From assembly GCA_964653985.1 (NCBI GenBank), contig CAZZIC010000001.1, positions 15,489 through 79,488 of the forward strand: a stretch of 64,000 nt of DNA, read 5' to 3'. Below the pieces are notes generated by a model, which saw only the letters and a program-made list of their open reading frames with translations, was not told the origin of the DNA and searched no databases. Both the position numbers and the translations under genes were made by a program. Below are positions 42,975 to 52,666 of this stretch, piece after piece (positions within the stretch are counted from its first letter, which is position 1; each line of letters begins with the position of its first letter). This DNA comes from an uncultured archaeon (GTDB taxonomy: Archaea > Asgardarchaeota > Lokiarchaeia > Sigyniarchaeales > SOKP01).

Positions 42975-43963
42975 TTTTCGATACTTTTACCTATCCTGAT
43001 ACTTTCATCGGAGTTGAGGGCTCTCTGGATTTTTTTTAATCCTTTTGCCGTCTTTGAAATATCGTAAAGAGCAAGGGACGTTCCAATGTTAAGTAAAATG
43101 ACATCTTTCAATTCTTCAAGTACTTTAAACAACTCATTTCCAGAAAGATATTGGAGGTTTTGCTTTATATTGTCAAATATTTTTCTGAGAGTTTCATACT
43201 TTTCTGTACCCGCTGTATCTTTCAATGATTCTATCATATCTTTTAATTTCATGACCGTATCTTCTTGCGGAATAACGGTTTCTTGAGATGGTGCTTCTTC
43301 GATAGGTTCAAGTTTGACTGCTCTCTTTTCAACATGTTCCATAGGAATACTTTCTTTTTTTGCTTCGCTCCCTTCTGTTTTTATCACTTCTGGTCTACTT
43401 GCTTCCACTTCAAGAGATTCTATGGGTACTTTTTCTGGCTTTACTTCTTTTTTGGCTGAAATTTTCTCGGCAGCCTTAGCAACTGGAGCTTGAACTTCAT
43501 CTGTTTCTCTAAGAGAGACTTGGGTCGGTATTTTTTCTGCCTTTTCTCCTAAAGCGCCAAATTTCTTTCCCGGTATTTTTAAGATCTCATCACCCATATC
43601 AGCGATTTTGCTCCTTATCCTCTCTAAAATATCAATCATAGCTAGCTTCACATAGGATAAATTCACTTCGTCTGAGCCCATAGCTAATAAGAGCAAATGA
43701 GGAGGAATATCATATAATAAAATATACCCTTTGTCTCCTTCTATCATTAACTCATTAAGGGCACCATGATTAATTCCATGAGAAAATTGTCTAAATGTGT
43801 CTCTAAGAACACCAATTTCCCATAAGATTTTCTCTGGAACTTTAAATGGAATAGTTGATTCAATAACTTCGTCATTTTTCACATTTATGAAAAAACACCC
43901 ATTTAAGTCAGTAATCTTTTCTATTTCGTTTAAATAACTAGTTAAATTGTAATTGTCGCTCAA
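42947..43963 (-). CDS. Roadblock/LC7 (MglB-like) domain protein with long A/E/K/P-rich linker and helical C-domain
   Basis: The N-terminal ~120 aa, LNGCFFINVKNDEVIEST...ALNELMIEGDKGYILLYDIPPHLLLLAMGSDEVNLSYVKLAMIDILERI, matches Robl/LC7. The TTG start overlaps the upstream stop (TTGA), with GGAGGTG 8 nt upstream (complement of 43972-43978). Confidence 0.7.
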   Translation of the reverse strand: MSDNYNLTSYLNEIEKITDLNGCFFINVKNDEVIESTIPFKVPEKILWEIGVLRDTFRQFSHGINHGALNELMIEGDKGYILLYDIPPHLLLLAMGSDEVNLSYVKLAMIDILERIRSKIADMGDEILKIPGKKFGALGEKAEKIPTQVSLRETDEVQAPVAKAAEKISAKKEVKPEKVPIESLEVEASRPEVIKTEGSEAKKESIPMEHVEKRAVKLEPIEEAPSQETVIPQEDTVMKLKDMIESLKDTAGTEKYETLRKIFDNIKQNLQYLSGNELFKVLEELKDVILLNIGTSLALYDISKTAKGLKKIQRALNSDESIRIGKSIENWKQRIIKT

Positions 43964-44367
43964 ATATCAGACACCTCCAACTTAAATCCTTTCAATAATT
44001 TTTCAAGTTCAATGGAAATATTGCTCATACCGAAAGCAATTCTAAAAAGATCAGCATTTTTATCAATAATGGTAGTTAGTATTGCATTTTTTCCAGCATT
44101 TTGAATGATCACTCTCCCATAGTCAGAGTTCATATAAAGTCTTTTAAGTTCCCCTTTCCGCAATTTATTGCATAAATATCTAAAGGTTAACTTTACTGCG
44201 GCGGAAAGAGCTCCAACTAATATTGGATCTATTTTTCCTTTCCATGTATTTACGATTGGTACACCATCAGGATAAGCTATAACTATCTGACCTTTAACAT
44301 CGCTCTGAGACTCAGTAAATTCTCTAATTATTCCTTTTAATTTATTTAATGTTTGATCATTCGACAA
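43960..44367 (-). CDS. Roadblock/LC7 (MglB-like) protein
   Basis: The 135-aa sequence VKGQIVIAYPDGVPIVNTWKG...ILVGALSAAVKLTFRYL...LKRLYMNSDYGRVIIQNAGKNAILTTIIDKNADLFRIAFGM shows the typical Robl fold pattern. Confidence 0.75.
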   Translation of the reverse strand: MSNDQTLNKLKGIIREFTESQSDVKGQIVIAYPDGVPIVNTWKGKIDPILVGALSAAVKLTFRYLCNKLRKGELKRLYMNSDYGRVIIQNAGKNAILTTIIDKNADLFRIAFGMSNISIELEKLLKGFKLEVSDI

Positions 44368-44583
44368 AATAATCAGTCTTTTTTACATTTTAATGTAGAT
44401 ATATAATCTTAATTTGAGCATAAAAACATTTAGATTTTTGATGTTTACAATATTGGGAAAAAGAACTTTGTAAGAAATAGGGAAAATTGTAGATTTATTC
44501 TAATCTAATAGAATCTAACAGATGATAAAACTATTAAAGTTGCAAAAAATAATATTCGCTCTAAGTCTTTTGGAATTAAAGGA

Positions 44584-46128
44584 TTAAAATCCTTTTTCTT
44601 CTTGTGAGACAAAGAATTCACTCGCTAACTTTACATCTTTAAAAGTTAGTTCTCTCTTTAAAGAGTCCTTTAAATCCTTAATATATTGTTTACAAAGATC
44701 TAATTTTAACGAACTTCCTCTCATTTCAATCATATTTTGTAATGCCTTGGCGAAATCCTCAATGCTTTCTAAATCTTCATAATCCTCTTTTTTTATTTCA
44801 ATATGATTTTCTTTTTCCTTTTGTTTTTTATCGAAGACATTTAATTCAATGTTTATATCTTCAGGTGCCAATCTCAATTTTCTTTTTTTAGCTTTTTCTT
44901 TATTCTCTTCTTTTAATTTATTTATAGATTTCTCATCCTTGGTCGAGATTGGTTTAACGGTTGGCTTTCTGCCTTTTGATTGAGGAAGGGGTTTCACAGA
45001 AACCTTTTTTGTAAATCTTATCTTTTCAGGGGGAGCAAATTTTTTCTTTCGCTCCAGCTTTTTTCTAATCTCCTTTTCTTCTTCCAATTCTTTATTTAGT
45101 TTTTCAACTTTCTTCTTAAATGAATCAATATATGTAAAGTTCTGATATTCATTACAGATATTAATCAATTGCTTATATTTTGATATCGCAGCAGCTAATT
45201 GATGTTGCTCCTCGAAAGTTTTAGCCTCTTGCTGCAATTTATCAAAAGATTCTGGTAATCCTTTTTTTAATTTGAGAGTTTCTCCAATCAATTGGTTAAT
45301 TTTTATTTTCGCGTCTGGTGATTTTAGGGAAATCTCCTCGAAATTTTTAATCCCTAACTCATTTTTAATCTTTGGGATGGCAGATTTATCTATTAAATCT
45401 TTTTTATTTCCTAACTTAAGAAATTTAGATAGATTAGCTTCTCTTTTCTTGAGATCTAAAAAATGGTGAATAATTTTAAGGTTATATTTTGATAAATCAA
45501 AAAGAAAAATAACAAGATCTGACCCTTTGATAAACTTTGACCACAATAAGGAAAAATTGTCTTTTAATTGAAAATCCCATAAATCAAAACTTACATCATT
45601 AATAATATATTTTGATGCTTTTGCGAAATTCATAATTGATCGTTCATTTTCAACCCTTAGCAAATCATAGAGAGTGGTTTTCCCCGCATTCATGGGTCCG
45701 ATAATCGCAATTTTTGAATGCAATTCTTTTTGCATTTCGCTTAAAAACTTTAGGAAGTCTTCATATTCGGAAGAGTTTTCATCTATATTTTTTGGGGTTG
45801 AAAAAAGGTCGGAAAATGTTTTTATTATTTTAGAGAGTATTTTGTCAACATAATTAATTGAATCAATGGGATCGGTAATAACGATAAAATATAACTTTCC
45901 CTTACCTTGATGGAACAGTTGATATTCTGAAAGAGGACGCTGAAAAGCTTTTCCAGGCATAGGCATATCAATATATGACTTTATTAATTCAAGTGATTTA
46001 TCAAGATCTTCTCTTCCCAGTGCTTGGGCATAAGAATGAGTAAACACGACCTTTCCATCATATAAAACATGAATTTGTCTTAACATTTTTCTCGGGTAAT
46101 TTATTGTAGCCGCAAAATTTTTTTTCAA
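44584..46128 (-). CDS. multidomain small GTPase: N-terminal longin/roadblock-like domain, P-loop GTPase core with atypical G3, K/E-rich coiled-coil tail
   Basis: G1 is GPMNAGKTT. At the G3 position the sequence is LWDFQLKDNFSLLW where DxxGQ is expected. G4 is GNKKDL. The N-terminus MLRQIHVLYDGKVVFTHSY...KLYFIVITDPIDSINYVDKILSKIIKTF is longin-like. The longest ORF starts at a TTG (46128), and the ATG at 46086 is an alternative start. Confidence 0.7.
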   Translation of the reverse strand: MKKNFAATINYPRKMLRQIHVLYDGKVVFTHSYAQALGREDLDKSLELIKSYIDMPMPGKAFQRPLSEYQLFHQGKGKLYFIVITDPIDSINYVDKILSKIIKTFSDLFSTPKNIDENSSEYEDFLKFLSEMQKELHSKIAIIGPMNAGKTTLYDLLRVENERSIMNFAKASKYIINDVSFDLWDFQLKDNFSLLWSKFIKGSDLVIFLFDLSKYNLKIIHHFLDLKKREANLSKFLKLGNKKDLIDKSAIPKIKNELGIKNFEEISLKSPDAKIKINQLIGETLKLKKGLPESFDKLQQEAKTFEEQHQLAAAISKYKQLINICNEYQNFTYIDSFKKKVEKLNKELEEEKEIRKKLERKKKFAPPEKIRFTKKVSVKPLPQSKGRKPTVKPISTKDEKSINKLKEENKEKAKKRKLRLAPEDINIELNVFDKKQKEKENHIEIKKEDYEDLESIEDFAKALQNMIEMRGSSLKLDLCKQYIKDLKDSLKRELTFKDVKLASEFFVSQEEKGF

Positions 46129-46299
46129 TAAAGATTTTTAATTAACATAAGTTTTCCTAATAAGATTATAAAAAAACTCTATTATAATATTTTATACTTT
46201 CTTAGGATTAATTACACTTAATAGAAATTAAAAAAATTTGTATTTTAATAATTATTTATTTAAAAAAGCAATCACGTCATAACTTGGTAGACTTAAAAA

Positions 46300-47253
46300 A
46301 TGCCCTTAGAAGGAGACCACATATTAAAATTTTTAGGAAATCCGGTAAATGAGAGATATAATGATGAGTTATTAGATTTATTTATAGAGAGGATCGATGA
46401 ATTATGCTTCAAGGAATGCGAAATTGACCGAATAGCGTGTACATTAACCCCCATGTGCTCAAGACGCTACCTGTTAAAGCTCCGCATAATAAATGGATTG
46501 GGCATAGATGATTTGCCAAAGTTTTGTTATAGTGTTCATAAAGGAGTAGTAGAACGGGAATTTCGCGGAAAAACAGTTATATATAGACCCTTTGATTCAT
46601 ATCTTTATTTAATTGATTTTTTAGACATTTATTTCCATGGAGATTACAGAAAATTAAATAAATATATTTCATTTAAAAATTGGGAAGAAGCGTTTGAAAT
46701 CCTTGATAAGAGAATATCAAAGGGAGAGAAGTTTAATTATCATAAAACAGATAACTACATTATTTTTAAATTTGAGGAAAGAATGCATATAATTTTTATT
46801 GAACAAAAGTATGTTATTTGCAATGTGAATAGGGAAAATCTTCCTTCTCTTGAATTAATTAAGGGAATACTTGAATTGAATTCACAAGTAAATTTTCCCG
46901 AAGTTAAAATTAAGTTAAGTCCATCCCATTTTGTAGAATTAAGAATCAAATTACCAAATGATGTAATTTCAAAAGTTAAACATAATTATTTAGAAAGTGA
47001 GGAAAAATCTACAAGAGACACTTACTTTTGGGAAAAATTCCCTGAAGATATATCCTCATTAACAGAATTTTGTCAAGAAATAAGTATGGAAATGAATTGG
47101 AGTAAAGATTTAGAAATTAAATTATTTATAAGCACAAACAAAAACTATTCCAATCATATAAATAAAAAAGCTCCTTTACGATATAGAGATTTAAGATCGA
47201 TTATTGAATTTATTAATAAAATCTACAACCAGTTCTATGTGATTTGGGTTTAG
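46300..47253 (+). CDS. hypothetical protein (317 aa)
   Basis: This is a long ORF with an ATG start and coding-like composition. I recognise no motifs. Confidence 0.5.
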   Translation: MPLEGDHILKFLGNPVNERYNDELLDLFIERIDELCFKECEIDRIACTLTPMCSRRYLLKLRIINGLGIDDLPKFCYSVHKGVVEREFRGKTVIYRPFDSYLYLIDFLDIYFHGDYRKLNKYISFKNWEEAFEILDKRISKGEKFNYHKTDNYIIFKFEERMHIIFIEQKYVICNVNRENLPSLELIKGILELNSQVNFPEVKIKLSPSHFVELRIKLPNDVISKVKHNYLESEEKSTRDTYFWEKFPEDISSLTEFCQEISMEMNWSKDLEIKLFISTNKNYSNHINKKAPLRYRDLRSIIEFINKIYNQFYVIWV

Positions 47254-47301
47254 AAAATTAAGTTAAGATATTTAAATTAAAATTTAAAAAAGGTATTGAA
47301 T

Positions 47302-48429
47302 ATGCCAGAAAACCAAAAAGTACCCGAGGAAATTGAAAGGGTCAAAGAATTAGTAAATGAAGGAAGAATAGATGATTCTGTAGAGGTCATAGCTGAGTAT
47401 TTAGAACGCTCTGAGGAAGATAATTACATTGATAGATTAGAAAACATTATAGAAATTTTACTTTCATTACATGGTGGAAAAACAGTTCTTAGATTTCTTA
47501 TTGAGCATCAAATCATAGATATTCCATCATTATTAAAGAATCTCTCGAAACGTGATAGTTTATTGAGATACTCTTTTCTATTACTCCTGAAATCTATGTG
47601 TGAAAACGAAAGTGATTTATTTTTACCTTATGCTGAGGATCTATTGGAAAATGAAGATCCTAATGTAAAAGAAGCCGCTCTTCAATTAATGGTTTTTATG
47701 GCGGGTGGTGAAAAAGATATTGCTGACGATTCATTAATTCAATTACTTGGATCAAAATTAACAGATGAAAAAGAATTTGTTATTGAAAAGGCAACTCAAG
47801 CTCTAGTTGCGCTAGGTAAGAAATCTCCTTCAATAATAACCAAAACCTTAAGTAATTGCGCTCGAGAATATTCTGAAAACGAGGAACTTAAAGATAATAT
47901 TGACGATGTTTTAAAATCAATTGTTTCCATAGAAAAATTTGAAGAAATTGTTGAGGAAGAAAAAGAGGAACCCAAAGAAAAGCCCACTACTGAAGAAGAA
48001 TCCATGGAAATCTCCGAAAAGGCGGAAACTAAAAAGGAAGTTAAGCCTGAAAAAGAAGAGGAAAAAAAGGAAAAAAAGAAAGGAGAAATTAAAAAGGCAG
48101 AAAAAGAAATAAAAGAGGAAGAAGGAAAGATCTTGGATAAAGAGCTAGCATTAAAAAAGAAGAAATTAGCGTTAAAAAAGAAAAGATTGGAACTTCAAGC
48201 CAAAGAAAAGGAGTTAGAAGAAAAAGAAATTGCTGAGAAAGAAAAAGCGCTTAAAAAGAAACAAGAATTGATAGAAAAAGAAAAAGAACTTTCTCAAGTA
48301 GAATTAGAATTAAAAGAAAAATCAATTGAAGAGAAGGAACAACAAATTAAGAAACAAGAAGCTAAGCGCCTCAGAGAACAAATCAAAAGTATGGAAGAGG
48401 AAAATAAAGAGAATAATGAAAATTCTTAG
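47302..48429 (+). CDS. HEAT-repeat N-domain protein with a K/E-rich coiled-coil C-half
   Basis: The helical repeats include DPNVKEAALQLMVFMAG and EFVIEKATQALVALG. The ~170-aa tail has E/K heptads (KEKELEEKEIAEKEKALKKKQ...). The track ORF begins at a TTG (47296), and the ATG at 47302 is preferred. Confidence 0.55.
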   Translation: MPENQKVPEEIERVKELVNEGRIDDSVEVIAEYLERSEEDNYIDRLENIIEILLSLHGGKTVLRFLIEHQIIDIPSLLKNLSKRDSLLRYSFLLLLKSMCENESDLFLPYAEDLLENEDPNVKEAALQLMVFMAGGEKDIADDSLIQLLGSKLTDEKEFVIEKATQALVALGKKSPSIITKTLSNCAREYSENEELKDNIDDVLKSIVSIEKFEEIVEEEKEEPKEKPTTEEESMEISEKAETKKEVKPEKEEEKKEKKKGEIKKAEKEIKEEEGKILDKELALKKKKLALKKKRLELQAKEKELEEKEIAEKEKALKKKQELIEKEKELSQVELELKEKSIEEKEQQIKKQEAKRLREQIKSMEEENKENNENS

Positions 48430-48437
48430 GACATTTT

Positions 48438-49412
48438 CTATATAGGTGTTTCTTTAAGGCGTTTTTTCATTTTCCTTACTTCATTTATTCTATGATCTTC
48501 TGAAGGTAATTCTTTTGATAAATTATCAGTAAGATGATATGCTTCCTCAATAAACCTTAAATTTTCTAAGAATTCAATCAATTGAATCTTGTTGTCAACA
48601 TTACTTATTTTTTTTTCAAATTCAATGAGTTTTTCTTTAATGATATTATGAATGTTCCCTTTTTTCTCAAGATCCTTCACAGTTCGTATCAATTGTGTCA
48701 AGGTATTCATAATATTATATTTTTCTCCTTCAGAATATTGATCTAAGTGAGTTAAGATATCGCTTACATAGGTTTCAGCCTGCTTATATTCTTCATGTTT
48801 CACTGATAATTCAATTAATTCCATTAAGGATAATTCATAAAGAAACTTGCTTTCCACATTGGGAACGACCTTTTCATATATCCAATTAATAAGCTTTGGA
48901 TAATCGAATTTCTTAATAACATCAGCTAAGAATTTTATTACCGAAAAATAGAGTTTCGCATTCTCTGTTTTTACAGAGGTTAGAAAGGAAACCAAGGCAT
49001 ATTTTACTCGACCTATTGCATCATCAAACTGTTCCGGATCCTCAGCAAATTTATAATAAGCAGATTCGAGAATTGATTTAATCTTTTCTTGATTTTTAAA
49101 ATCATATATGAAGTATTCCGTCCATATTGGCTCGGGAACTCCCTTCTTTTGGGTTTTCTTGCTCTTTGAAGAAGAACTTTTTTCCGATGATTTTTTTTCC
49201 TCATGTTCTTCTATTTCTTTCTCGGAAATAACGTTTAATATTATTTTTTCTTTATTTTTAGGAACAATTAGATTAAAGTATACATCTTCCTCCTCTTCAA
49301 ATAAATCATCTCGAAGTTCCTTAGGAAAAGTAATTCCAGTTTTAGTTTTCTTGATTATTTTTTGGTAATACGGTTCTTCCTCCAATTCATTGGAACCCTT
49401 TTTATCTTCCAT
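48438..49412 (-). CDS. hypothetical protein; possible AbrB/SpoVT-like N-terminus, helical C-domain
   Basis: The N-terminal TGITFPKELRDDLFEEEEDVYFNLIVPKNKEKIILNVI resembles a swapped-hairpin DNA-binding motif. The similarity is weak and by eye. Confidence 0.45.
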   Translation of the reverse strand: MEDKKGSNELEEEPYYQKIIKKTKTGITFPKELRDDLFEEEEDVYFNLIVPKNKEKIILNVISEKEIEEHEEKKSSEKSSSSKSKKTQKKGVPEPIWTEYFIYDFKNQEKIKSILESAYYKFAEDPEQFDDAIGRVKYALVSFLTSVKTENAKLYFSVIKFLADVIKKFDYPKLINWIYEKVVPNVESKFLYELSLMELIELSVKHEEYKQAETYVSDILTHLDQYSEGEKYNIMNTLTQLIRTVKDLEKKGNIHNIIKEKLIEFEKKISNVDNKIQLIEFLENLRFIEEAYHLTDNLSKELPSEDHRINEVRKMKKRLKETPI

Positions 49413-49514
49413 AGTATTCTAAACCTAAATTTAAAATTAAATGTTCTTGTTCAAAATGACTCTGACTGAAGCTTTAGATTGTATTATAAAGATTTCTTTT
49501 AAATAGTAATTTTA

Positions 49515-50111
49515 TTATCCTGTAATATTTACTAATTCAACCCCACGTACATCAAAATTTTTATCTATAAAACAAAGAATCGCATGTCCTTTATGACTAT
49601 ACACTAAGGGCACCGGATAGGAATCAGCAGATTCCACAAAACTCTTTTTAACAAAAATGGGGAGAACTGTTTTGCATACTCTGCAATGTACATTAATTTT
49701 TTTCACAAGGTTCAAATCTTTAAAATTTTTAACTGATTCTTCTGCTACTTTCTCGAAGTTTTTAAAGATGCTTGCTGTGATATTTTCGAATTCCAAGATT
49801 ACAGGTATATCAAACATCTCATTAAATTTTATATCAATATGTTCAAGAAGAGCTTCTAATAGCTGAAATTGAACTTCATTGACAGCGCCAACCGTATATA
49901 TCAAATTGTTCTTCCTAATATGGACCATTTTACTGTTTCCTTTATATATATGAAAGAAGATACCTTCTGTTGCATGTTCTTTGACGATATTTAAATCTAA
50001 AATATAGCTTTTAAAAGAACGAGGAGGCTTCCATTCAAATAAAGTCATATGATCCGTTGAGATATTGATAAAATTAAGCTTGTCTTGAATATTATTATAA
50101 TTAGAATTCAT
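49515..50111 (-). CDS. hypothetical protein; possible longin/roadblock-like N-domain, C-terminal CxxC...HxGH segment
   Basis: GIFFHIYKGNSKMVHIRKNNLIYTVGAVNEVQFQLLEALLEHIDIKFNEMF is longin-like. The C-terminal segment is VHCRVCKTVLPIF...VYSHKGHAILCFID. This is a by-eye call. Confidence 0.45.
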   Translation of the reverse strand: MNSNYNNIQDKLNFINISTDHMTLFEWKPPRSFKSYILDLNIVKEHATEGIFFHIYKGNSKMVHIRKNNLIYTVGAVNEVQFQLLEALLEHIDIKFNEMFDIPVILEFENITASIFKNFEKVAEESVKNFKDLNLVKKINVHCRVCKTVLPIFVKKSFVESADSYPVPLVYSHKGHAILCFIDKNFDVRGVELVNITG

Positions 50112-50335
50112 GAGGGAATGATATGATTATTATAATTGAAGATTTGTTATTAGATTGATATCTTTACTATCAATTTATTGGAAAAATTACTGATTTTTAT
50201 ATATTAACCACCCTATTTATATTTTAATTTAATTTTTTGAAAATTGATTTGAAATATTTTTCATATAAACCGCAAAAGATTTTTCTTTTTTCTACTACTT
50301 ATATAACGTATTAAAAATTCTGGAGGAGTAAACTC

Positions 50336-51193
50336 TTGGATAAAAAAGAAATTTTTAGAGATCTTGAATCTTTCGATGGAACACAACGAAAAGAAAGATA
50401 TAGGGATGTTTCAATTACGGTGATTCTTTCTCAACCCGAAAGTGCAGGGAATGTTGGATCAATAGCTCGTGTGATGAAAAACTTTGATTTTGATAATCTT
50501 GTCATTTTCAATCCCATTGAGAAAAAAAAAGCGATTTTTTCCAAAAAGACTCAAGGTTTTGCCATGCATGGAAAAGATGTTCTTTTTAACGCTAAAGTAG
50601 TTGAAAGTAGAACTCAAGAGGAACATATAGGAGATTTTGAAAACTATTTAAAGAATTTTGATCTTATTATTGGAACTACGTCAAAAGGATCAAGATATAC
50701 GAACATTAAGCGATTAGCAATCTTTCCAGAAGACTTAGAGATTCCAAAAATAGAAGAAAATATGGAAATCGCGGTATTATTTGGTAAGGAATCTAGGGGA
50801 TTAACTAATGAGGAGATGCAACTGGTCGATATTCCCTTAAGAATCCCAACGAGCAATGATTACCCAACAATGAATCTTTCTCATGCGTGTGCCATAATTT
50901 TATATGAGTTTTTTAAAAAACTTAACTTTATTGAGGTTGGAAGGGGAAAACACCCAGTTTTAGTGGCAAACAAGAAAAATCGCCAAATTTTATATGATAA
51001 AATTGAAAGTGTGATATCCAAGATTAAAATCAGAAATTACAAACAGAATAGAACTATAAATGCCTTTAAAAACGTATTTGAAAGGGCGTTTATGTCAAAA
51101 AAAGAACTGAGTCTCATTTTAGGTGTGTTTTCGAAATTAGAGCACATATTAGAAAAAAATAAACCATTTAATGATTCTGATCAGAGTAAATAA
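50336..51193 (+). CDS. SpoU/TrmH-family (TrmJ-like) RNA 2'-O-methyltransferase
   Basis: The motifs are SQPESAGNVGSIARVMKNFDF, LFGKESRGLTNEE and IPTSNDYPTMNLSHACAIILYE. The TTG start lies 7 nt after GGAGGAG (50322-50328). Confidence 0.8.
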   Translation: MDKKEIFRDLESFDGTQRKERYRDVSITVILSQPESAGNVGSIARVMKNFDFDNLVIFNPIEKKKAIFSKKTQGFAMHGKDVLFNAKVVESRTQEEHIGDFENYLKNFDLIIGTTSKGSRYTNIKRLAIFPEDLEIPKIEENMEIAVLFGKESRGLTNEEMQLVDIPLRIPTSNDYPTMNLSHACAIILYEFFKKLNFIEVGRGKHPVLVANKKNRQILYDKIESVISKIKIRNYKQNRTINAFKNVFERAFMSKKELSLILGVFSKLEHILEKNKPFNDSDQSK

Positions 51194-51901
51194 CATTCCT
51201 AAATTTTGGATAATTCACAAAGAATAGTTAAAACTAACTATAATAAAAAGTAAAGTAAAAAATTGTTCGAGATGTGAATATCTTATTTTTCTTGATTTAT
51301 TTGAATGTCTCCTTGTCCATTATTCTTTATCTGGTTTTGAATCTGTTTGCGGTTCTTTTAGTTGATCTTCGGAGCCTAAATTTAAATCATCTTGTGAGGT
51401 TAGTAATTTCTTTTTAACCTAACCAATTATACTCGGAGAACTTGATAAAATGCCGAATGTTACTTACCATCATCGAGAATTACAAAATCTGTGGGGGATA
51501 AATAAGGACTATGAAGAGGTAATCATTTGTGTGATTTCTGAAACAATATTGATGGTAAAAGACAAAAGAAATTGCAGGGATCAGAAACATTATTCAAGAA
51601 AATATAAAAGTTTTTGTTCCAATTCTTGAAGATGCTTGGCTTGGTAGCCGAAAGGATTTTTAACATATTTTATTTCCCCCTTCTACTTTTTTCCTATAAA
51701 AATTAAATCTCTCAAGTTTAAAAAGAAAACTGTGAAATTTTGAATTTTAAAAAATTTAAGGCTTAGATTTTTATTTGTTTAATTCTTTGTTCTTTTACAG
51801 TAAGGTAAGATTATTTTCGAAAGATTCATTGGATATCTAACATTTAATAGAATAACCTCTGATAATTTAAAATAAATCAGAATTAATAAAAGGCTAAATA
51901 C

Positions 51902-52534
51902 ATGAACAATTTTTCAAAAATAAAGAAAGGGTTGGTTAATTTTGCCAATTTTTCATTTGTTACTCTTGTTGGCATGTTAACTGGTGTTATATTAATTTTA
52001 CTCTCTCTCTATAATTTTCCCGATTATAATATTTATAATCATTTTGTTTCAGCTTTGGGTGCGAGTGCTGGGGTTTCAGCGCCTTTATTTAATATTGGTG
52101 TGATTATAATAGGATTTAGTGCATCTTATTTTTTTTATAATTTAGGAAAGCAACTTAAGGAAGAGAATATTCATAATCAAATTCGAATTACCACTATTCG
52201 ACTTGCAGTTTTTTCCTCAATCAGTCTTGTTTTTGTAGGGATTTTTCCCTCAGCAGGTACTGTAATTAAGATTCTACATGGTATTTCTGCTTTTTCATTC
52301 TTTTTCTCAAGTATGATTTATTTCACACTCCTCGGATATCTCATGTTAAAACATTCGAAATTTACACGATTTCAATCTTATACTGCTTTTGGAGTTGCTT
52401 TCATCGCAGGTACCTTATTTTTTGACTGGGCACCCCTTTTAGAATGGTCGTTTTTTTGGGCGAGTATTTCTTGGATGTTCTATAATTCTATTTTACTTTT
52501 TATCAGACGTCTAAAACAAGTAGTTCCTCTTTAA
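51902..52534 (+). CDS. integral membrane protein (about 6 TM), unknown function
   Basis: Hydrophobic segments are regularly spaced through the 210 aa. Confidence 0.6.
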   Translation: MNNFSKIKKGLVNFANFSFVTLVGMLTGVILILLSLYNFPDYNIYNHFVSALGASAGVSAPLFNIGVIIIGFSASYFFYNLGKQLKEENIHNQIRITTIRLAVFSSISLVFVGIFPSAGTVIKILHGISAFSFFFSSMIYFTLLGYLMLKHSKFTRFQSYTAFGVAFIAGTLFFDWAPLLEWSFFWASISWMFYNSILLFIRRLKQVVPL

Positions 52535-52666
52535 GGAACCCTTTTCTTATATAATCATTCAAATTATTTTCTTTACTATCTCTACTTTAATTTATTTTAA
52601 GCACGTAATTCTCTTAAAATTCTAAAGAAGGAAAAACGATTAAAAAAGAAGAAAGAAGGGTAGAAA

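Noticed and set aside
51290-51425. Short minus-strand acidic reading (…LTSQDDLNLGSEDQLKEPQTDSKPDKE*) in the 708-nt spacer
   Set aside because: The only possible start is a TTG about 33 codons from the stop, and there is no ribosome-binding site or motif.
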